A stretch of 64,000 nt of DNA. Source: Candidatus Kerfeldbacteria bacterium (GTDB taxonomy: Bacteria; Patescibacteriota; Patescibacteriia; SBBC01). Position numbers and translations under genes: made by a program. A model generated the notes under the pieces. The model was not told the origin of the DNA and ran no database searches. It saw nothing but the letters and a program-made list of their open reading frames with translations. Positions 58,717 to 64,000 of the stretch are shown here, one piece after another (the stretch's first letter is position 1; every line of letters starts with the position of its first letter). The stretch covers positions 25,752 through 89,751 of the forward strand of contig JAZDNT010000001.1 in assembly GCA_043799405.1 (NCBI GenBank), written 5' to 3'.

Positions 58717-59419
58717 ATGAAGCGTCTCACGTTGGTCACGATCGCGCTGCTCGCGCTCGTCCTGTCCTTCGCCGGCATCGCGCTGGCAGAGAACACGAAG
58801 TTCACCGCGAATTCGACCACAACGGGTTCGATCGACACGGGTCCGTTCACGGACGCCGTGAAGGCCGAGCTCGCCAAGGGTGTGAACGTCCACGTGACGC
58901 CGGTCGGACTCGGTGGGGGTCAACCGCCGGCTCGACGCGACGGACGCCAAGCTCGATCGCATGGAGGCCAACGCGGACGATCGCGGGGGACAGCAGTTCC
59001 GCGACCACGAGTCGCAGTCAGCTGCTCTCGGCCGCATCGAGAGCAAACTCGACAAGGGCAACGGCAACGTCGTCGGGTGGCTCGCACTCATCCTCGCTGG
59101 TATCGCATTGCTGGTCGCGCTTCTCAACCGGGGACGCGACGGGCGTGATGGTCGCAACAGCGACATCTGCCGGGACGAGGTCGGCGAGATGATCGCCGAC
59201 GCAATCATCGCCCACGAGGAGGGCGACGGGCACAAGACCAATGCTGGTCCGAAGGGCGACCCCGGACCCGCCGGCAAGGACGGACGCGACGGCTGCTGCC
59301 ACGAGCACGGTAAGTGCACCTGTGGTCACGCGACCAACGTCATCACCGTCAACGGCGGCACGGTGAACGTCTACAACGGCGCCACGACCGTGACGCCCTC
59401 GGCCACGGCCCAGGCCTGA
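58717..59419 (+). pseudogene. island ORF D: signal-peptide protein joined by a +1 frame change at GGTGGGGGT (58912-58920) to a coiled-coil/TM/collagen-like (G-x-y) protein
   Basis: Frame 1 reads MKRLTLVTIALLALVLSFAGIALA|ENT...VTPVGLGG. GC3-rich coding then continues only in frame 2 (VNRRLDATDAKLDRME...GPKGDPGPAGKDGRDG...). Frame 1 beyond 58920 is Arg-rich junk. Confidence 0.55.
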
Positions 59420-59623
59420 TCTTCAACCTCCGCCTACGCGCTCATAGCGCTTCGGCGGACTAGTACAGGGGAGGTGACATGGTTCTATCCCATGCGCCTC
59501 CCCTCCGATTCCGAATCCACCATACGATTGGCGGATTGAGAATAGGAATGCTCGTCGTAAAACATCGTCAACGGGTCGAAAAGACCCACTAGCAGCGGTC
59601 GTATCCTTCAGGGAGGACGGAAC

Positions 59624-59887
59624 ATGCAGTTCTGCTGCATCCGTAATGGACGGCTTCAGCGAACCAGTGGTCGATTTGGCGGCGACCAGAAGTTCGAGGT
59701 TCGGTTGTCGGACGCTCGCTGCGTCATCGCAGCAAAGCGCCATGAGGCCGACATCGTCGAGGTGTTTCTCAACGGCGTCGACAAGCCCGTGGTCGTGAAG
59801 GCCAAGCCCTTCACGGGTCCCCGGACGATCCTCGTCTGTGTCGTGCCGTCCCGCGCGACGGCACTTCTCACGCGTGCGAGGGCCTGA
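59624..59887 (+). CDS. island ORF E: 87-aa soluble protein
   Basis: GGGAGGA sits 6 nt before the ATG; no family recognised. Confidence 0.5.
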   Translation: MQFCCIRNGRLQRTSGRFGGDQKFEVRLSDARCVIAAKRHEADIVEVFLNGVDKPVVVKAKPFTGPRTILVCVVPSRATALLTRARA

Positions 59888-60212
59888 CCGATGGTTGGTG
59901 CCAGCACGACCACCCCGGATTGGGCCACGAGGGACCGATCTGGTTCCTCGACGAGCTCAAGCTCGAGGCAGCACGCCAGACCTGCTAGTAGCTCGTTCGT
60001 CGGGCAGGCAACAGCAGAGCACCGCTGTTGACCTGCCCATCGAACTTGAGTACAGTAATCCGTTACCGTGTTCAAGTTCGATAGCTCATTACAATCCATC
60101 ACCCTGTTTCCAGCGAGGGATCGAGTCCGTTGAAACAATGCGGATTCAGTTCCTCGCTGGACATCCTAAACCCCGGATCCTCAGGCAATGAGCCAAGAGG
60201 GAAGGAGCGAAC

Positions 60213-60695
60213 ATGAACAGGACGTTGGTCGCGTGGTCGTTGATTGGGCTTGCGATCGTGCTGCTTGGTCTCGTGGTTTGTTTGACCGCAGATCGCTATG
60301 TGCGGGATCGCAACGCACAGCACAACGTCGCGATCGCGGAACACGCGTTCGTAAAGTACCTTTCGGCATGGGAATACGGACGCTACCCCCACATGGGGTA
60401 TGAGATTGAGACCTACATCGATACGCCAAACCACCTGCTCCTCAATCCCTTCACTGGGAAGATGGAGCACATCGTGTTCTGGGATGGGCCCGGCACGAAA
60501 ACCGTACCTGGTCAGACATGCTACACAGTGCTTTGGCGTGCGGATTCGACAGGACACTGTATTGTCCCGCTCGAAGGATTCGCAGCCGTGGTCTGGGTTG
60601 CGGGAAACGACGACTATCGGCTCCACCTGACATACGTCGGGGAGCAGCTGTACCCACCGATACGGCAGGTTCTCGGCAGGTCGTCGACGAGGTGA
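60213..60695 (+). CDS. island ORF F: 160-aa N-terminally anchored extracytoplasmic protein
   Basis: GGAAGGAG sits 5 nt before the ATG. There is a single N-terminal TM and a Cys pair (CYTVLWRADSTGHC) near the C-terminal third. Confidence 0.6.
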   Translation: MNRTLVAWSLIGLAIVLLGLVVCLTADRYVRDRNAQHNVAIAEHAFVKYLSAWEYGRYPHMGYEIETYIDTPNHLLLNPFTGKMEHIVFWDGPGTKTVPGQTCYTVLWRADSTGHCIVPLEGFAAVVWVAGNDDYRLHLTYVGEQLYPPIRQVLGRSSTR

Positions 60696-60834
60696 CCGAC
60701 AGGATGATGGACAATGCGGGGAGGAAGTGGCAGAGTATCGCTAACTTCCTTCCCGCACCTGTTCCGAGCTGATGTTGAAAAACACCCGTTCAGAATAGGA
60801 AGCTCGTTACAAGAAGCGGTTTATATGACGGCAG

Positions 60835-61170
60835 GTGCGGCATCGCTTTTCAGCGGTGCCACATCTGTCGTCATTCCCCATGCCGCAGAAAGGTTACACC
60901 GTGCGGTGGTATCACTACATCCTCGTCGACGCCGTCCTGCTTGCAGTCATTCTCGGGACGGCGAAGATTCTCGGGTTCTGTAACACCCGGGAGCAGATGT
61001 GGACTCTCATCAGCGCCTCCTTGCTCGGGATTCTTGTCTCGTACCTCGTAACGATTGCGACATCGCGTTCGAGAAAGAGACGTCGTCCGCTCCTTCGGAT
61101 CGAACCGTGGGTTGATAAGCACGGCAATGTCCAGGAGCCGGAACGGCGCATGAACCCGGGCAGGTGGTAG
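60835..61170 (+). CDS. island ORF G: 2-TM protein (start uncertain: GTG 60835 or ATG 60880)
   Basis: Hydrophobic helices and a basic tail; no clear SD. Confidence 0.45.
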   Translation: MRHRFSAVPHLSSFPMPQKGYTVRWYHYILVDAVLLAVILGTAKILGFCNTREQMWTLISASLLGILVSYLVTIATSRSRKRRRPLLRIEPWVDKHGNVQEPERRMNPGRW

Positions 61171-61184
61171 CGCGAGGAGGACGT

Positions 61185-61361
61185 ATGAACCGGTTGTATG
61201 TGTTCATCGCGGTGATTGTGGCTATCGGCCTCATACGGTTCATTGCCGCGTGGTGGCCGAGGGAGCCGTGTCGCCGGCTGCCGGCTCGTGAACTCCGGTT
61301 GGAGTTCATGAAGGTGTCAGGGATCGGGTACATTCCCGGTTCCATCAAGCCGCAAAAGTAG
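61185..61361 (+). CDS. island ORF H: 58-aa single-TM protein
   Basis: GAGGAGGA sits 3 nt before ATG 61185. Confidence 0.5.
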   Translation: MNRLYVFIAVIVAIGLIRFIAAWWPREPCRRLPARELRLEFMKVSGIGYIPGSIKPQK

Positions 61362-61608
61362 GGGCCGCTGTATTGAAGTGGGTTGCGACGTTCGACACAA
61401 GAGCGTTGCAACCCCTTCACCCCCGAGTCTATTGGGAATACAATAGGTTCAGGAGTGGAGAGAGTAGTACCAGTTCATTACAACCCGAACTTGAGCAACT
61501 CATGGCGGTGCTGTAGAGGCTAACCTTGGCACCTGCAGCGCCGTCATGAGTACTTGATGGCAATAGAGCCCCTACAGGGATGGACAGACCTCAACAAGGA
61601 GGTGACTG

Positions 61609-61923
61609 ATGTTGGACCTCAGGAATTGGGCGCAGTTGCCGTTGTACATCTGCGACATCGTCGCGTGGCTTGGACTCGTGGGTACGATCTTTGTGGTCGT
61701 GATCGAGTTCAACACACGGCGCGATCGGTGGATGAACGATTGGGTGTCAGATTGGCTCGGCTGGCGTGAGGTAATCACGATCATGATGCTGATCGTTGTG
61801 ACTGTCCGGCTCTCGGACAAGCCGCACGACTGGCTCATGCTCGCTGCTGTTCCGGTCTTTCTGATTGGTACCTACATCCTGATCCCTCTGCTCGGGAGGA
61901 AGCAGCGGATCTATAGTTGTTGA
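61609..61923 (+). CDS. island ORF I: 104-aa 3-TM protein
   Basis: AAGGAGGTG sits 4 nt before the ATG. Confidence 0.6.
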   Translation: MLDLRNWAQLPLYICDIVAWLGLVGTIFVVVIEFNTRRDRWMNDWVSDWLGWREVITIMMLIVVTVRLSDKPHDWLMLAAVPVFLIGTYILIPLLGRKQRIYSC

Positions 61924-61999
61924 GCTATCCCCCGCAAGTCCGCCGAAGTGCCCTGCCGTGAGGCGATCACGGTAACCCCCCCGCGTAAGGACTACGCGC

Positions 62000-62449
62000 A
62001 TGAATGGAATCGAAGTTCACGAGTTTCCCCCCGATGATTCTGTCGGGGCGTACGTGCCGATGACACCAGACGAGGTCGCTCAGTGCTTTGCTGAGCTCAA
62101 CGCCTACTGTCTGGCGAGGGTTTCGACACCCAGGCGTCACCGCGGTGCCGGAAGGCCCCCGGTCACGCTGATGCTCGGGCCCGAGGATCTCGAGGATGGG
62201 TTCAGGTTCAGGAAGATCCCCGGCGAGAAGTGTTCGTCGCAGGAGTCCGCCAACGGCTGCGTCTCGGGCGAGTGCCCGAGGTGTGGGTCATGTCTCAACA
62301 AGGCAGGTATCTGCTCGATCTGCGAGGGTGACTACACCGATGGCTTCGGCCAAGGGTTCGTCGCCGCGGCGGTCACTGCCGAGTTCGGCAAGACCACCTC
62401 GGGCGGTGACGTGTTCGTCTTCTCGATGGACCACCCTCGTCTTCGGTAG
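62000..62449 (+). CDS. island ORF J: 149-aa soluble Cys-rich protein (CxxxxCxxCxxC...CxxC)
   Basis: CVSGECPRCGSCLNKAGICSICEG looks like a zinc-ribbon cluster; no family recognised. Confidence 0.55.
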   Translation: MNGIEVHEFPPDDSVGAYVPMTPDEVAQCFAELNAYCLARVSTPRRHRGAGRPPVTLMLGPEDLEDGFRFRKIPGEKCSSQESANGCVSGECPRCGSCLNKAGICSICEGDYTDGFGQGFVAAAVTAEFGKTTSGGDVFVFSMDHPRLR

Positions 62450-62762
62450 CCGCTTAAGTTCGAGCAGAAAAGGGAAGGTCGTGAATGTCAATGGGACAAC
62501 CACCTTGCATTACCGCGACCTTCCCGACCTTTCTTCTGTGACCTCATTCCGCTAAGGAGTGGGACGTAGAACAAAGGTCATTCACAATATAATGGTCTCC
62601 GGCGATCCGGCCGGAACAGATCCACACTCATCATGGCGCATGTGTTGTTCCTGAAAAGGAACAGAAACTCTCTCCTCACGCATGCAACGGTTAAGCGGGG
62701 ATACTGCGTCTGGTCGGATCATCGGGGGTCACGTTCGGCGAGACCACCTCTCCGCTTCGCGG

Positions 62763-62839
62763 TTTCCCCTCCTACCTCCCCGCCGCCAGGCGGCACCCCT
62801 CCTAAACTTAGGAGGGGGAGGGAGCGGTAGGAGGGGAAA
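62763..62839. repeat. perfect nested palindrome (three-way junction) built from CCCCTCCTA / TAGGAGGGG units
   Basis: The outer 14-bp stem pairs 62763-62776 with 62826-62839. The inner hairpins are GCCGCC-a-GGCGGC (62782-62794) and CCCCTCCTAA-ac-TTAGGAGGGG (62796-62817). Confidence 0.85.
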
Positions 62840-62931
62840 TGCCGACAGGCAATGGGGTGGTACACTCACCCTCCTCGCGACGTGAATACCTTTGAAAAAG
62901 GGGAGTTTTATGGTAGGATAGCGAACAGTTC

Positions 62932-64000
62932 ATGTTTGTTATGACAGCATTTTGGCGTAAGCTCTCATCAACGGTCACCGGCGGCGCTATCATCGTATCG
63001 AGCTCATGGTTCATCTCGAAGCTCTTAGGATTTTTACGCGAACGGCTCATCCTGTCCCGCTTCGGCGCTTCCCCTGAGACCGACGCGTATAATGCAGCGT
63101 TCGGCATTCCCGATTTCATCTATGGTACCCTCATTCTCGGTTCGCTCCTTTCGGTGTTCATCCCCGTGTTCATCCATTACCGCGAACAGAAGGGCAACGA
63201 TGAAGCGTTCCGGATTGCGAACTCGATCCTCAACATCATCGTCATAACCTTCCTTGCGTGCGGCGTCGTCCTTTTTGTGTTTGCGCCGCAGCTCATAACG
63301 CTCGTCGCTCCGGGTTTTGATGCGAAGCGAATTGACCTCGCGGTCGAGATGACAAGGATCATCTCGATCAACATCCTGCTGTTCGGAGTGTCGAACGTGC
63401 TCTCGGGCATTCTCAATGCCTCAAAACGGTTCATTGCGTTCTCTATTGCCCCGATACTCTACAACGTCGGCATTGTCGCCGGAATTCTTCTGCTCGTCCC
63501 GACGTACGGCATCCGGGGCGTTGCGGTCGGCGCCGTCATCGGCGCAGTGCTGCACGTACTCGTACAGGTTCCGTCGGTTCTGCGGACGGGTTTCAGATAT
63601 CGCGGTATCATGGACCTTAAGCACAAAGGGGTCCGCGAGATCGGTCGTCTGATCCTTCCCCGAGCGTTCGGCCAGTCCGTGACGCAGATAGCGCAGCTCG
63701 TCAACCTCATCATCGGCTCGACGCTCGTCGTCGGGAGCGTTACGGTGTTCAGGGCCGCGAACAACGTCCAAGACCTTCCCATTACGCTCATCGGTGTCAG
63801 CCTCGCGACCGTCGTTTTCCCGGTGTTCGCGGAGGCGCTCGCGCGCAACGACAGGGCGTGCTTCGTCCAGCACTTTTCGCGCGTCGTCCGGCAGATACTG
63901 TTCATGGTTATTCCTATCTCCGTGCTCTTTCTTATCCTCCGTGCGCAGGCGATCCGCGTCATCTACGGCGCCGGGCAGTTCGACTGGAACGCGACGATCC
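62932..64000 (+). CDS. murJ: lipid II flippase MurJ (3' partial; runs off the window, so absent from the ORF track)
   Basis: Hand translation gives MFVMTAFWRKL...SKLLGFLRERLILSRFGAS.ETDAYNAAF.IPDF.....LGS.LS..FIPVF and ...GIRGVAVGAVIGAVLHVLVQ.P. Confidence 0.85.
   Translation, partial: MFVMTAFWRKLSSTVTGGAIIVSSSWFISKLLGFLRERLILSRFGASPETDAYNAAFGIPDFIYGTLILGSLLSVFIPVFIHYREQKGNDEAFRIANSILNIIVITFLACGVVLFVFAPQLITLVAPGFDAKRIDLAVEMTRIISINILLFGVSNVLSGILNASKRFIAFSIAPILYNVGIVAGILLLVPTYGIRGVAVGAVIGAVLHVLVQVPSVLRTGFRYRGIMDLKHKGVREIGRLILPRAFGQSVTQIAQLVNLIIGSTLVVGSVTVFRAANNVQDLPITLIGVSLATVVFPVFAEALARNDRACFVQHFSRVVRQILFMVIPISVLFLILRAQAIRVIYGAGQFDWNATI

Noticed and set aside
58585-59319. 244-aa minus-strand and 199-aa plus-strand ORFs overlapping the collagen-like gene
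   Set aside because: They are Pro/Ser/Arg-rich alternative frames of a ~70% GC G-x-y repeat region, with no start context.
62633-62885. ORFs 62633-62830 and 62682-62885
   Set aside because: Both run through the perfect nested palindrome and translate to P/G/R low-complexity strings. They are treated as non-coding.
56428-62931. Classical prophage or integrative element interpretation of the island
   Set aside because: I found no integrase or recombinase, no terminase, capsid or portal-like ORFs, no flanking direct repeats and no adjacent tRNA. It is therefore reported only as an unclassified island.

Overview
Chromosomal window from a small-genome bacterium. It is most consistent with a Patescibacteria/CPR-type lineage. 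This is an inference from four things: a str-S10-spc ribosomal cluster with no rpmD between rpsE and rplO, many r-protein tail extensions, a sparse glycolysis/envelope gene set, and an expanded RNase P RNA. Gene order: 5'-partial DsbA-like gene, idi, VKOR-like membrane protein, ECF sigma plus membrane partner, a few small accessory ORFs, macro-domain protein, HhH-GPD glycosylase, rhomboid, rpmB, M50 protease. Then rpsL-rpsG-[orphan gene flanked by ghost copies of the rpsG 3' end and the fusA 5' end]-fusA-tuf-rpsJ...rplO-secY-adk-map. Then ruvX, a WecA/MraY-family transferase, DUF192, rplU, recR, ybaB, a GC-rich orphan gene, dnaB and a DnaQ-like exonuclease. tRNA-Lys(UUU) follows, with three single-gene cassettes bounded by repeats that copy the tRNA 3' end. 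Then Nramp, P-type ATPase, ArnT/PMT-like transferase, pgk-eno-gpmI-gpmI, recJ, rnhA, RNase P RNA and a polysaccharide cluster (priming sugar transferase, 2 GTs, Wzz-like, DUF4012-like). The most unusual part is a ~6.3 kb island (about 56.6-62.9 kb). It holds ~10 short same-strand ORFs, mostly membrane or secreted, all without recognisable families. It also has long structured spacers, a recurring AGCTCRTTACAAC box, a frameshifted collagen-like gene and a perfect three-way palindrome just before murJ (3' partial). I saw no rRNA, CRISPR array, transposase or integrase. All family calls come from reading the translated ORFs against remembered motifs; no searches were run.
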